Positions 52,101-64,000 of a DNA stretch of 64,000 nt are shown here, piece by piece (the stretch's first letter is position 1; the number at the start of each line of letters is the position of its first letter). The stretch lies in NCBI RefSeq assembly GCF_964355755.1, contig NC_092680.1, positions 8,928,001 to 8,992,000 on the forward strand, read 5' to 3'. The stretch is from Antedon mediterranea (taxonomy: Eukaryota > Animalia > Echinodermata). Both the position numbers and the translations under genes were made by a program. Under the pieces are notes generated by a model. That model was not told the DNA's origin, did no database searches, and saw only the letters and a list, made by a program, of their open reading frames with translations.

Positions 52101-55100
52101 GCCGCCAAGAGCCCCCGGTCAGGGTCCAGGGGCCGAAGGCCCTGGCAAAATTTGCGTTATTTGACGTTCTAAAGACTGATGTAAGACTCTCTGTTGTGGC
52201 TTGGGCTAGTTGAACGATGGACACCAGAACTTAACGCTTTCATGATGAGGCCAACTCAGCAGGGGTGGCGCCAGGATCTTCCCGACGCGGGGGCTACATT
52301 CCCCGACGAGGGGGATATGCGAACGAAGCGAGCATCACTAGGCTGAGGGCAAGGGGCCACCAAGGGCCCCCGGTGGGGGTCCAGGGGGCGAAGCCCCCGG
52401 GAGCAACGCGTTCTAGCGTCATTTGAGGTCTTTTTAATCAGATTTAGGGTAGCCATTTTTTCCATTTTTTATAATGCATAAATAAAATACTGCGTGCAAA
52501 AAAACGATGCGCGATGACTGTTTCAATCCATATTTTTCAATTTAAAAATAAAAGTTCAAAGAAAATTTAGAAAAATAGAGTTGGAGGTCCCGGAAATTGG
52601 ACTTATTATACTTCAAAACATGAAAAGAAATATATAAGTCCCTATCATGGGTTGTGACTGAGCTAAGAAATGTTTGAAAAATAGAGATGTTAGGTCCCGG
52701 AAAATGTACTTCTTGTTTTTCGAAATATGACCAGCTTTATTGTTGGGGCTGAGCTAAGACAATGTTTAAAACTAGAGCTGCAGGTCTTCAAAAAATTGCA
52801 TTTTATACTTTGGAAACATCAGGCCTAGAGACTTAAAAAACGCAAGCGTAGACCTTTTTCAGTCGGGGAAAAAAGTTTATTCCTCCCAGGTGTATGCATG
52901 CGTACCATCTGGACTTCCGAGTGGTGAGAAATTCATGACATACAGGATATTGAAAATGTAATAACTATAGCTATAATGTTGGCTAAGCGAAAATGGCATG
53001 TTTTTTTGTTTAGTAATAATGGATGAAAAATTTATTTTAGGTGCCCCACGGTACAGAAGGTTACTTGTAAATTAAAAAATTGGTGAACAAACGAACAATT
53101 AACATAATTCGTTTTTGCTGTAGTGTAGCGTACGTCGACGCAGTACACGACGTAACCGTCGGTAAACTTCGCCTGGAAAATAACACATTACACATTTTGG
53201 TCCCTGGATGAAACTTGATATCACGCGTCTCGACCCAACGTTGAACGATTCGTACAAAGGGATACCGCCAGACAAGTGCGTACCTAGCTATTGTTTAGTA
53301 GTAAGTTAGATCGCTGGCAATAATGAATGCATATAAAGTGCATAATATCACTCTGACGTACTCTCACGGTCAATGAAACGTCGCGGTTTTCTAGGCGCTG
53401 AAGCTAGCTACGAAGTGAACGCGAACGCTTTTTACTGTATATTATATTCCCCGACAAAAAGTACACGTGTTCCCTTCGGTAACCGTCGGTAAACTTCGCC
53501 TGGAAAATAACTACATTACACATTTTGGTCCCTGGATGAAACTTGATATCACGCGTCTCGACCCAACGTTGAACGATTCGTACAAAGGGATACCGCCAGA
53601 CAAGTGCGTACCTAGCTAATGTTTAGTAGTAATAGTGTCTGTATTTCCAGACACGTCTTTACCGCCGGTTAAGTTGTCTGTATTCTCCAGCAAACACTTT
53701 ACCGCGTACCGCGTACATGAAGCGCTAAGCTATTGCTTGTCGTCACATGATCGACTGCGCATGTTTTACATCGAGTTTGTAGTCAGTTCAGATTCCGTAA
53801 TTTAATTACCGGTATTTTTTCATTTTATATTAGCATATTTTTGTTTGTATACCATTGATAATGTAAATTTTGTATATATATAATGATATTGTCTTTAGTT
53901 AAACAAGACAAGAAAAAATACCAACCGAGGAAATAGTGGACCTTTTGGGACTTGGGGGGGTGCGTCTGCACCCAACGCACCCCCCCCCCCCCTGGATACG
54001 GGCCTGGATGATATATAAATAATTTAGACAGTGCTACGCAACACAATTGATTTACATAACACTGAATAGCCCATCAGATACAGTGTTTACATACTTAGAA
54101 TGTTGGATCAAAACCTGGGCCTAGGAGGTTATATTTTGTCAGAGATATTTGTGTTTGTCCACAGATAGATATGTGTCACAGACAACAGGCCAGGATCCCA
54201 ATTTTAGGCTGTCAATACTACAAGATGGATCCTTATAACGATTCTTGATCGTGATCGATTGATTGATTTTTTTTATGACAGGGGTTGCAGCTTACATATT
54301 ACAGTTTCTCTTTTAATTGTCAATAACTAATTATCTAACTTAATTAGTAAACAGGTTACAAGTAGTTAAAATCAGTACCGAAAGTATGTACCAACTTTCT
54401 ATACAAGTTACGTGCAATTTACTGAACTTAATGAATATAGAATATAGACACTTGTGTTATAAGTGCATAGAGGATTTATGCATTATGTACTGAATAAGTC
54501 CAATTTAGTATTATTCTTTATCTTAAATCTTGTTTTAGTATTGGTTTTAGTTATTTTTTTTTAGTTCTTGCTTCATCTCCCTACGTGAGCAGTTTGTTGA
54601 TGTAATGGATGAACTAACAGAAAAACTCATCAACTACCATGTGATAACTTTAAGCACGATCTTACTTCACGATGCAGAAAGCCACAACTACACTGATCAA
54701 CGGGCATTCTATGAGGTATCATAATGCACAGTTAACAAACACTTTCATCATACTTCACACACAAAGTTTAATGGCGCTGTAGCTTGTCATCTAATGCCAA
54801 TGTTCAGGGTCCACCACCCCCTAAGCCTTGAATGACTGTATATTCATCTATCCTGTAATTAATTACTTGCTGTTGGATGTGTATGAAATGATATAAAATT
54901 ATACAGAACTTTTGCTTATAGATCAACAAAACTATGGAATTCTATACCAAATAACATAAAATCAGAACTCCATAATATGTCTTTGGCAAGTTTTAAATCT
55001 TCACTATAGAAAACATATATGTATTTACGTTTTTGCCTTCACAATTGTAAATAGTTTTGTATCTCTTTTCTTTTTGTTATAAAATATGTTTACTGAACCA

Positions 55101-58100
55101 CTGAAATCAGTACATATGTATTGAAAGTGTATTTCAGTTTAAAAGAGAAGCAAATAATAATAATAAATAAATTATACTATTTGGTAATCATTGTAAATGC
55201 ACCATCATGTTTTTATCCATTGTGTCCACCAACCACTCAGTGGTGGTACGACAATATCACTATATACAGTACTATTAATTGAATATATACAAAACTAAAC
55301 AAAGTATACAAAAGGATTGTCAAAAGCTAACTTAATCACTCTTAGCAGACTTTCATTTATATACTCATGAGGCAAAACTCTCCCTTAGCAGAAATGGTCC
55401 ACAGGCCTGTCAAGAGTGACTGCCCATAAAACAATTGTAATTTGATTATATTAACTGCCCATCAAATACAACCCAAGGGTACTATTAGGTCATTTACAAC
55501 AAGGTCACCTGGACAGCTCATGAAAATTCCTACATGGTTTTCAGCAATTTCTGTAGTGAAGTGTCTGTCACACTCCAGCTGGCCTCTCATGTGTGTCAAG
55601 ATAAACAATCAGAACTGGTAAATTGTTTAAAACAGACCAAGATTTATTACCCGGATTTTTTCAAAAACCCGGGTGAAATGGACTGATTCTGCTAAGGGAG
55701 TGAAATGCCTAATGTACTGGATATACAATTAATGTTATATACTTTCACTACAATGAATTAGATGTTAAACTTTCTATGAATCACTGTTGTATTTGTTTAT
55801 ATTGATTTAAATTCTATATATTCATAACTTTCTATCTAATGTTTTAGGAGGAGCGGTGCTCTTTTTCTGTTCAAATGTACCACTTGCATATAGAGTCGAT
55901 CAAGCATGACTGGTCCATTTGGTTACCAAGCAACTTGATGCAAAAGATGTTGATGCGTGTTGTAGAATGTTCATTGTCTAAAATAGCATATCGTTATTCA
56001 CTTTGTAAGCCATCTTATAAGCGAATGCGACAAATGAGGTGAGCAATACATACTCCTAAATCGATAGAGGGCGCTATATTAGAAAATCAAACCCATAATT
56101 GGCAGGTATATCCTTATATTTTTAGAAAATAGGTATATCACTTTCCAGTCTTAGAATATGTGCATTTTGTGTTTGTTAAAGCTCTGTCTACACTATCAAA
56201 CTTTATGTGACAAAAAAATGATCACTACCATATTTGGGAATATCACTACCATATTTGTGCACATCACCCTTTTTTGTCAAACTAATTTGATAGTGTAGAC
56301 AGAGCTTAATCTAAAGGCAGGTAATGCGAAAATAATAATGGACCTACAAAAAACAATATTTAGGAAACAATTGGAGAAACAATGTATTTTGACAGAACAT
56401 AAGAACTTGGTGGAGATTCACAGGAGGAGACCTGGGACATTTGCAAAAACATTGTTCTCATGAGATACAATAACAATAAGTTTTTAGCCACTACTCCACT
56501 AGATAGGTTGCCAAAAATGTACTTTATATTCAATTATATTGAACTTTTTTTTCTGCAGACATGACATCACAGCTTTACTTTTCATTATCTACAACCACAT
56601 GTTCTCATTCTGTGACTCAGTTTGTGATCTTCTAGGCCAGGCTGATTTTCACAGCTCTTGTCAGTGTCTTATCAGGGCTCTAGCTGTGGTCACATCGCCA
56701 CTTGATACCCTCTGTGAGGCATTCCAGGACGGCCTAAAACATGAGGTTTCTCAACAAATGTCTATTATTCCATCTTGGTTGCAGGCATTGGCTCCTGATT
56801 TATTCCCATTAGATGTTATAAAGTAAGTTTATGTAAATTCTCAAATTTGTAAAAGTTCAATAGTGTGTAGTCAGATACAGATAATACCAGCAGTCTAAAA
56901 TGTAGTGACAAGGAAGATGGCATAACAAACAACATTTTTCTGTTTCATTCTGTAAATAGTGTAGGCCAGTATGTAATTTCGTGTCATTTTTTTGTTAAAA
57001 GCAAAATTCCAGCTGATTTAGTGTCTTTAGGATGTAAAGTAATGAAAAAAATATGTTGCCATTTTTTTTAAAAAGCTTAAGGGTGTCAAATCCAAGATGG
57101 CCGCCAATATGTAAAATATCCAATAAATGTACCATATTGGACAAAGTAACACCCATTATGAATAATATTTTAAGTTCATATGGGTTCTCTGCTATATAAG
57201 AATTATTATAAACCTATATTCATTAGTATTCTGACATTTTGAATTTCAAAATGGCCGCCATTTTTAAAAAATGGATTAAATTTCTTATTAAAACATGTGC
57301 AAGTTATGACGTTGATTGAAATCACATAAAATGATAGGCCTATGACAACAACATTGGTGATTAACACAAAATGGCGGCCATTTTGAATTTTAAAATGGCC
57401 GCAATTTTTTTAAAATGGGTTTAATTTCTTATTAAAACTTGTATAAGTTAAATAAAATTAGATTGAAATATACAAAATGATATGCTTATGACAACAACAT
57501 GGTGATTAACACAAAATGTTGACCATCAGGAGGTCTACAGTACTGACAGTACACTTCTTCATATTAAAACATCTCATAAACTTCTTCAGTTAAATGACAA
57601 CTAACTCTGCCAAAGTCCTTCAATGAAATATTTCTAATCTTGGATGCGATACAGTAAGTTGACCTTCCTTCGTTCTCTACTGCTGTATCCATCAAACTTC
57701 CACAGACCTTGTTCAGAAACAAATTAGGATCCCATATAGACAGTTTGCCTTCTACAAGACTTTTACCAATGCCTCAAACATTTTCTGTCCAATTTCATCA
57801 TGCCATGGCCAACAAACACCTTTGTGCGAATTGCAGCATTCTTCATTAATCGGGATATCATCTCTCTTTAAATGTTAACTAGATTTGCCAGCTCTGATGA
57901 AATCATTAATTTGTGTTATTCCAATGATACCACGCTCAATGACCCTGATCAATTGATGTAAATCCAGCAAGTCTCACACATACATGTCCTCTCATATACA
58001 TACCATACTGTATATAGGGATATAGTTTAACCACATCATTTAGATTTCGTCGACTCTCTGTATTCAAGTTAATATCTTTATGATCAGCCTCTTTCAAACA

Positions 58101-61100
58101 AAATGATACTTAACTTAGAATCTCTTTCTCCGTCTGCATTTGTAGAAGCAAGTTGTAGAGAGAAAGCAGAATTAGTGTTCTTTTGTCCTTTACAGATGTT
58201 TTCCATTTAAGATATTTTTGTCCCGATTTGTGTCACTAGTTGTATAGGTAATACAAGTTCAGTTTCAACAAAAGCACTTGCCTCAACACTATTTTCACAA
58301 TGCTACATGTCCAACCAAAAGCCATATAGTTCACCGGGTTGACATAATAATTGCTTTTTGATGTCATCTCTGTCCACCTCCACTCATCTCGGGTAAGAGT
58401 CATCACCAGGCATTCTTGTCTTTCCCTAGTACATGGGTTTTTATACCACAACCATGTGCACTCATCAAACCAGTGTATAATGCTGGTCTGTCTGTAGGGG
58501 GTACATATCTAATGAAATTGGTTGAGATTGTAGAAGATGAGAAGTAGGAGTTCATTCATTTACAAGGTTATTTATAGGCAGAGCTTTATCTGTATTTCCT
58601 TCAAGCTTCTGCCAAAAGTTGATAGGTTGAAAACTTACCAACCATACTGGTGACTATGGCTCTGAAGGTTCAGACATTGAATTACATAGCAATAACGCAT
58701 TTATTATTTAACATATTTATACAGGATTTCACAATAAGGTATAAATGCACTTGTTTTGTATTGTGGTCCTGTCTCCTGTCAAGTTTCAGTTTCATGAAAA
58801 GAAATGAGATCTGTAATTTAGAATCTATATAAATTATGGTTAATTCTGACATAGGCGAGCACAATGGAAAAACTTTGGAACAAATTTCTGCCTTGGATAC
58901 CTACCTGAACTATCTCAGGTGTACCGCGAAATGTAAAACAGTTTTCACTATTACGATATTGTTCCATATTTCTATCTTAGGAATATATTATAAAGAGTTT
59001 TAAAACAAAATTTCTGATTCATCGGTAGATTTTCAACTCAATTTCAATTGTACGCGGTCAAAGTAATTTCCGGGTTCACGATGAGTTCACAGGTTCACCT
59101 TGCAACTACCTGGTTTCAGTAAAGTTGGTCGTTAGTGGCTATTAGCTATTTTAGTTTTTTGTTTATTTTCGGATTGAACCACGCGTGTGAAGGTACAGTA
59201 GTTAAAAATTAAAATCCCGATAGCCGAGTTTTATTGAGTAAGCTGGCAGGAATAACTGTAGGCTATCTGTGTCCCATTAGGGCCCATATTGCAAGCCGTC
59301 TAAAACATCTTCCTTCTTGGGCCGAAACGGCCTACACTGTCGCGGAAGTTAGTTTCAAAAGATGTTTAAATTAAATAATGTATTATGATGGTATTTATTT
59401 GAATAAACGCCTCCCCAATAAAACACTTTGAATAATAATCGCCTACACCCCCTCCCCCCACCTACCCAACTATCTAATAAACGCCCATCCACATTAATTA
59501 TACACACAATATTGTATATACTATTTATAATAGAATTCATTACACTGTTAACTATAATTTACCAAGCATTTGTTATAATTTTTTACCACTTTTCATATCT
59601 ATTAGAGGATTTTATTTGATTATAAATGTTACGATATTATTAAGACTAAAAAATCCCTCGAATAAGCAACTCCCTCAAATGAACTCTGCCTCCCCACATC
59701 CCTATAAAACAATAAACACTATACTTTAAAATGTTATTAATCATCTAAGACACTGTGAAACAGAGTAGGTTTAGTTTTTCGAATGTCAAGCATTTTCAAT
59801 AATGGTAACCGACAGAAAACGTACAAGGAGAAGGTCCTTCTAAAACCTTTTTACCCGAGTCATTATCCTTCCGAGAACCTTAGTTTACACTTCCTAGAGG
59901 GGAGCGAGCGAACTAGATGTCTAACCCTCTAGTTAGACGTAATTGTTGTTGAATATTTGATATAAATTGTTAATTTGTTCCATACTTTTGCAACTCCAAC
60001 TTTGAACGATTATTTAATTTTATAGTCATAGTGGGGTATTATATATCTGTTATAGAGGACATTGACAACTTTAGCCTTATATTTACAATTTACAATCCTG
60101 TGAGAAGTGACAATTTTAGAACATTGTGTACAAACAACAATTTATGCACACATATTTAAAAAAAATTATTTAAAGAATTTAATTTTTAGTGGCGGCCATT
60201 TTGAAATCCAAGATGGCCGACAGATTATCGCTTTACATAGTTAGGATTGTATAATGGGTACAGTAATACCATCAAAACGGACTTGTTCCACATTAATAAT
60301 TTGTATTATTGATGATATTCTGATTTTTAATAGGGTTATTTGAATGTTGGCGGCCATCTTGAATTTGGTCCTTTAAATGTCTTTTGAAAAAATGGCAACA
60401 TATTTTTTTTCATTCCTTATATTATCAAGATATGAAATAAAGTCAAAGTTTGCTTTTAACAAAAAATATACACGACATTCATATAAACGACATACCAGCC
60501 TATACTAAAAGTGGGAATTCTCATTGGTTTTTGACAACAAGTGAAAATCATAGTTTAATTGGAATTTGAAATTTTTTAAAATAGCATATTCAGAGTGTAT
60601 AGTACAAACAAAACTGATGCCATTTTATTCAATGTCAATTTTGTTTTTCAGTTTCTCTAGTTTACCTGATAAAACTGCTGTTCATTTAATTGTTTCTATT
60701 CTTAGTAACCAACCAGGCGTCAGCTTATCACTGACCTTACAAGTAAGTACTACATTTTGTGTAATGTCACAATATTTATAATATATGTCATCCTACTGTA
60801 TATATCACAAGTAGCTCATGCATAAATTCATTTTTATACAATAAAACTCCTCATTTGGTACACCCATTTTCAAGAGACATCCACATTAAGGGAACACCTT
60901 GTTTAGTCCCGCCCAAAGGTGTCCTCTTAATAGGCTCTCTACTGTACTTTATAATTTTTATAAACGTCCATAACAATAAGCTACATTAATTTAATTTTAA
61001 TTATTAATTACTATTTCATTGATAGGCATTGACAATGAGAAAATCTCTTCTTGCAAAAATCCTGTGCCAGAATCTTGGTATAGTATATGTTTGTTTATAT

Positions 61101-63851
61101 AGAAAATTGTTTGTTGTTTTGGATATAAGATTATATTTCTTAATGCCATTTTAATAATATGTAATGACATCATAGTTATTAACTTTTACTACAAATCAAC
61201 CAGAGGCCAATTTTCCGTTTTTGGGTCATTTATTTTTGTCTTTGTATAAGTGAAATTATGTTTTTCTAGTTTTTTTTCTGTATAAGTGAATATCTGTAAC
61301 TTGATCAAAATTAGACTAAGCATTTCATTTCTTAATCATTAATAAATGGTACTGCATACTACAAATCATGTTTTGTTTTGCTTCTTCTAGATGATCTCAA
61401 TGAACAGTCTTCATGTGTAGGCCTCGGATGTTCAGGTTTGAAGTGTTTATGCTCCATGATGCAGCCACAGAAATCAATATTGATGCCTATAGCAAGACTC
61501 TTTGCCTCCTGTACTGAACAGCCTCAATGCCTTGCCAGCGTATTGGTTCCTATCATTAAACAGTATGTTCTTCATTATTACTAACACCAATACATTCTCA
61601 CTTTCTAGATTTTAAAACACCCATGATGATGATTCTGAAAATAATTGGTCATGTAAAAGTTAAACTTTGACTTCCACAGCTCTGACATCTCAAAAACTCT
61701 TTAACTTTGTGTAGCTTTGATATTCTTAATGATTATGCATTTCAGAGGAGGTGGTTGTGGCAACTTACCTGGCAAGAGAGAAGATGTCCCACCTTGGCTC
61801 TCCTGTATTAAAGAACTGTTTGCACAACAGATTCAAAGGTAAATGAAAATAAAATCATGTTCTGGTCTGCAGAACTGGACAGCTTTTATTTTTTACATTG
61901 CCTTTAGTTAAAAAATGTTTTATCTCCTGTACTACAGATTGATAATGAACTGTGTAAAGGATATAGTTAAATTAGATGGAGAATGTAAAACAAAGATAAA
62001 CACCATGTCCAACCTTACTCACCTACCTTGTGGTTGCCCACTTGCTAAGGAACGAAGAGAAAAATACAAAGGTAATTAACACACACAATTTCAATGGAAA
62101 ATAGAAACCAGGTGAATACTGTACTAATACAAGTTTTTAAACAAATTCACTAACTTAAAGTATACATTTTTTTTCTTAGATGAAGAACAAATACTTAATT
62201 CAGCAGCAGAAAATCTGTTGTCCAGACTCTCGCAAGTGATCCTATGTTTTTCTGCTCCATTGTGTCTGGTTTTCCAGAGCCTACAAGAACAAGTTGATCA
62301 AGAGAACAGCTCTAAAAATGCTGTGGCACTTGAGGTTAGACCGTCTTTTTATTGCATCCTAACCAGATGATTAATTAAATAGCTATACCAACTTATATAT
62401 AATAATTTATTAAATGAGCCTCAGATCGATTGGAGAACTGTAATGTTATATATTGACGCTCCCTCATTAAAAAAAGTTCTGGATCAGCAGGTTTTATCTA
62501 AATTTGGTCATTACTGCTGTTAACTCTGCAGGTTTGCTGAGCATACTGTACTACATACTTTTTCTGTAGCACAAATTATTCCTAATGTGAAATCACTGAA
62601 ATATTATACTAATTGCTTTTACACATAAAGTATATTATTAATAATAATAGTATTACTGACATTCACATTTTTTCAGGTGCTTTGTTGGTGTGTTTGGAAT
62701 ACATTGAGAACAGAGTCTTTTGATAGCAGCAATAAATCAGCCTTGATTACCTTAAAGCGTGCTTCAGAAATGACGATGGAAGCACTTTCTATGGAAGGTG
62801 AGTAAACTATTGGCAGCAGTGAAACAGAATGCTCTAAAATAAAAAAATACTTTTGATGTCTGATGTTTTCATAGTTACCAACCTCAGAGATTTGTAATGT
62901 GTGACAGACTACACCTTTTTTGTGATATTCTTAGTGTTGATTCTTTTTTTGGAGGGTAAAAATTAATCGCAGCCCGGGATTTCCCCTTTTATAAACGTAC
63001 ACAACATCATGTCACTGAGTCGTGTTAGTCCATCATCACACGGTGACCAGGAAAAGATGTTCCCTTATATTATATATTTTTGTTGATATGTGTGGTGTTT
63101 ATTAATGAATACTTGCATAACTGTTTTATACTTTTTAATAATAGTGATAAAAAATTATCATTCATAAACTTCTGCTAAATGCGAGACAAATATGTGGTCA
63201 TGCATGTGTTTGTTCAAAATGCGTGTTTCATTAAAAATCACTTTGAAATGTGGGACTTTCCCGTATGATGCAGTTGGTAACTATGCGTTTTGGAGAAATG
63301 TAGAAATGCACATACATATATTGTAAGAGAGTTCACTGCACATTATTCCACCAAACTGCCACAAAAGCAAATACATACAAAAGTTATTTTATTTTTCCAG
63401 CTGATGAAACTGATTACCCATCCCATCCTTTGAGTTCTGATTGGTTAAAGGACCTAATAGCCATGACAACAAAACACTGTACACAAGAGTAAGTTTTTAA
63501 TTTGTTGTGAAAGTACACCCTTCACAATTTTATTCACCACTTTTCCCCCAACTCCTCCTAATTTACTAATGTTTTTATTGTACAATACTAGCCAGCTAGC
63601 AAACTCCAATCCTCATCAAGTAGAGGATGCACCATTGGTTTTCCAGGAGAAGTATTACATGGGAATGGCAGTTGATATGGCAACCAATGAACAAGGTAAA
63701 AGTAATATTTTCTTTCAAGTATTAACAATTTCACAAAGGGAGCTAACCTAAACAACATCTTTAAAGATAATGTTTTAATTACAAAAAGATACATTTTTTT
63801 TCAGGTGCAAGAGATTTGATTTTTATCAACAAGTTAATAACAAGAAATTGT
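28158..63851 (+). CDS. KIAA0825: KIAA0825-like (DUF4495) protein, multi-exon, 3' end outside window
   Basis: Phase-consistent GT-AG exons: 28158-28267, 30058-30229, 31087-31714, 32112-32258, 32480-32637, 33064-33199, 34394-34437, 42907-43035, 50104-50222, 54565-54715, 55848-56038, 56559-56822, 60652-60742, 61026-61077, 61391-61562, 61746-61838, 61938-62071, 62180-62334, 62677-62797, 63401-63488, 63592-63695, 63805-63851. Motifs [74 protein letters not shown] match KIAA0825 as recalled. Probable 5' UTR donor at ~27431. Confidence 0.88.
28360..28690 (+). mobile_element. dispersed repeat fragment; inverted homolog at 33715-33975
   Basis: Shared blocks TTATACACTGATCTATATGTGAAATG and AAGTGGGGAATCCCCTTTTAG...GGATTTAATAACCTACC in opposite orientation. 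Confidence 0.7.
28717..29765. mobile_element. hairpin MITE whose right arm is amplified into ~5 tandem ~179-bp units
   Basis: Ends GGGTATTGCTAAACCC / GGGTTTAACAATACCC; exact 8-bp TSD GTTTGATG (28709-28716, 29766-29773). Confidence 0.88.
30618..31032. repeat. 41-bp minisatellite, ~10 identical copies
   Basis: TATTTTAACTGTATCAGTTATATATCATTATACAGGTAGTT repeated. Confidence 0.97.
32731..32781 (+). ncRNA. putative minimal type I hammerhead ribozyme (Penelope-like remnant)
   Basis: CTC-CTGAGGA-CGATCAA/AGCATA/TTGATT-GAAAC-GTC-GAG: core boxes, stem II, short stem I. Confidence 0.5.
32869..33009. mobile_element. PIF/Harbinger-type MITE
   Basis: TIR AGCTCTGTTTACACTATCAAACT; TTA TSD; second copy at 56180-56306. 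Confidence 0.85.
33715..33975 (-). mobile_element. dispersed repeat fragment (homolog of 28360-28690)
   Basis: Inverted similarity to 28360-28690. Confidence 0.65.
35657..38528 (-). CDS. nested intronic gene: DOK/IRS-type PTB-domain adaptor with coiled coil (~521 aa)
   Basis: Coding exons 38528-38498 (MDMDDCQPDEG, donor GTAAGA) and 37191-35657 (acceptor TTTTCCATGTCAG|). C-terminal WHFRNIRSFG...FFILCGRGSSTGPGRVSFLTEMGKIIF fits the IRS-PTB consensus; second repeat WEYEYIESH...TFTCLENAPNGPGTIIF; heptads LESQNKD. Probable UTR exon ending 39003. Confidence 0.85.
39435..39544. repeat. ~26-28-bp tandem repeat, 4 copies
   Basis: ATGGAAATGTTCGGATCATTTCAAT repeated. Confidence 0.9.
39758..40653. mobile_element. 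Crypton-like non-autonomous element, copy 2
   Basis: Homologous to 25278-26223; its removal restores GATATATAACTGC, the 54-bp minisatellite consensus. Confidence 0.72.
40654..42835. repeat. 54-bp minisatellite, ~40 copies
   Basis: ATATAACTGCAGTTATTTAATTGTCACATGGTCAACATTAGCCTGTATATTGAT repeated with point variants and 1-bp indels. Confidence 0.97.
43525..48277. repeat. 66-bp minisatellite, ~72 copies
   Basis: TAAATGGATGTATAGTGAYRAGAGKTATACATTATGCAGCATTATACTACAGTATTCGTCTKTTAT repeated with no indels. Confidence 0.98.
50474..50545 (+). tRNA. tRNA-Thr(TGT)-like gene or pseudogene
   Basis: Cloverleaf: GACTCTG/CAGAGAC acceptor (one mismatch), CTCGC-CCTGTAA-GCGAG anticodon arm, GCAGG-TTCGAAT-CCTGC T arm, then an oligo-T terminator; C instead of U33. 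Confidence 0.65.
52031..54006. mobile_element. hAT-like non-autonomous element with 5-bp flanking repeat
   Basis: TIR CAGGCCCGTAT / ATACGGGCCTG; GATGA on both sides; GC-rich GGGGTCCAGGGG subtermini; second hAT-like end at ~52260; internal duplication 53153-53302 / 53480-53631. Confidence 0.75.
55378..55702. mobile_element. small MITE (possibly CACTA-like)
   Basis: CTCTCCCTTAGCAGAA...TTCTGCTAAGGGAGTG inverted ends. Confidence 0.5.
56180..56306. mobile_element. PIF/Harbinger-type MITE
   Basis: TIR AGCTCTGTCTACACTATCAAA; TAA TSD. Confidence 0.85.
56962..60502. mobile_element. degraded DNA transposon with long TIRs (possibly Academ-like)
   Basis: TAGGCCAGTATG... / ...CATACCAGCCTA ends; ~150-bp imperfect TIRs; repeated AARATGGCCGCC motifs; decayed coding-like interior ~57550-58650. 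Confidence 0.65.
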
Positions 63852-64000
63852 GTAAGTAAGATTTGTATAGAAAGCTTTTAAAATAACCTCAAATTGCAAT
63901 TTTTGGGGATTAATCCAAAAAATGTACTGATGTACCAATTCAATTCAATTTATACTGGGTGACCTCTTCGCAGTTGTTCTCCAAAAGTTGTTAATAGATA

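Noticed and set aside
57550-58650. Intact transposase gene
   Set aside because: Only short broken frames; no catalytic motif identifiable by eye.
61762-61774. ACTTACCTGGCA resembling the U1 5' end
   Set aside because: Lies inside a coding exon with no further U1 structure.

Overview
AT-rich, intron-containing animal genomic DNA (probably a marine invertebrate; the taxon cannot be fixed from sequence alone). Genes: (1) a plus-strand KIAA0825/DUF4495-like gene with at least 22 coding exons from 28158 to beyond the window end; (2) nested antisense in one of its introns, a ~521-aa adaptor-like gene with two IRS/DOK-type PTB domains, a possible third PH/PTB-like N-terminal domain and a coiled coil; (3) a small minus-strand gene with a divergent winged-helix-like N-terminus whose second exon is split by a transposon; (4) probable 5' exons of another minus-strand gene near 9.6-12.3 kb. 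The most striking structure is at 12.9-23.0 kb. A variant U1 snRNA gene is cut in its Sm site by a TIR transposon (8-bp TSD), which itself holds a 4.55-kb foldback element (10-bp TSD, ~148-bp satellite arms, tRNA-like module in the loop). An inverted second copy of the same transposon lies 0.67 kb downstream, creating a ~10-kb nested palindrome. The window also has a three-level transposon nest between the head-to-head genes, Crypton-like elements, MITEs, a Deu/Nin-type SINE, tRNA-like sequences, a putative minimal hammerhead ribozyme, and 41/54/66-bp minisatellites. The very long ORFs in those minisatellites are repeat artefacts. All family assignments come from recalled motif knowledge, not from searches.
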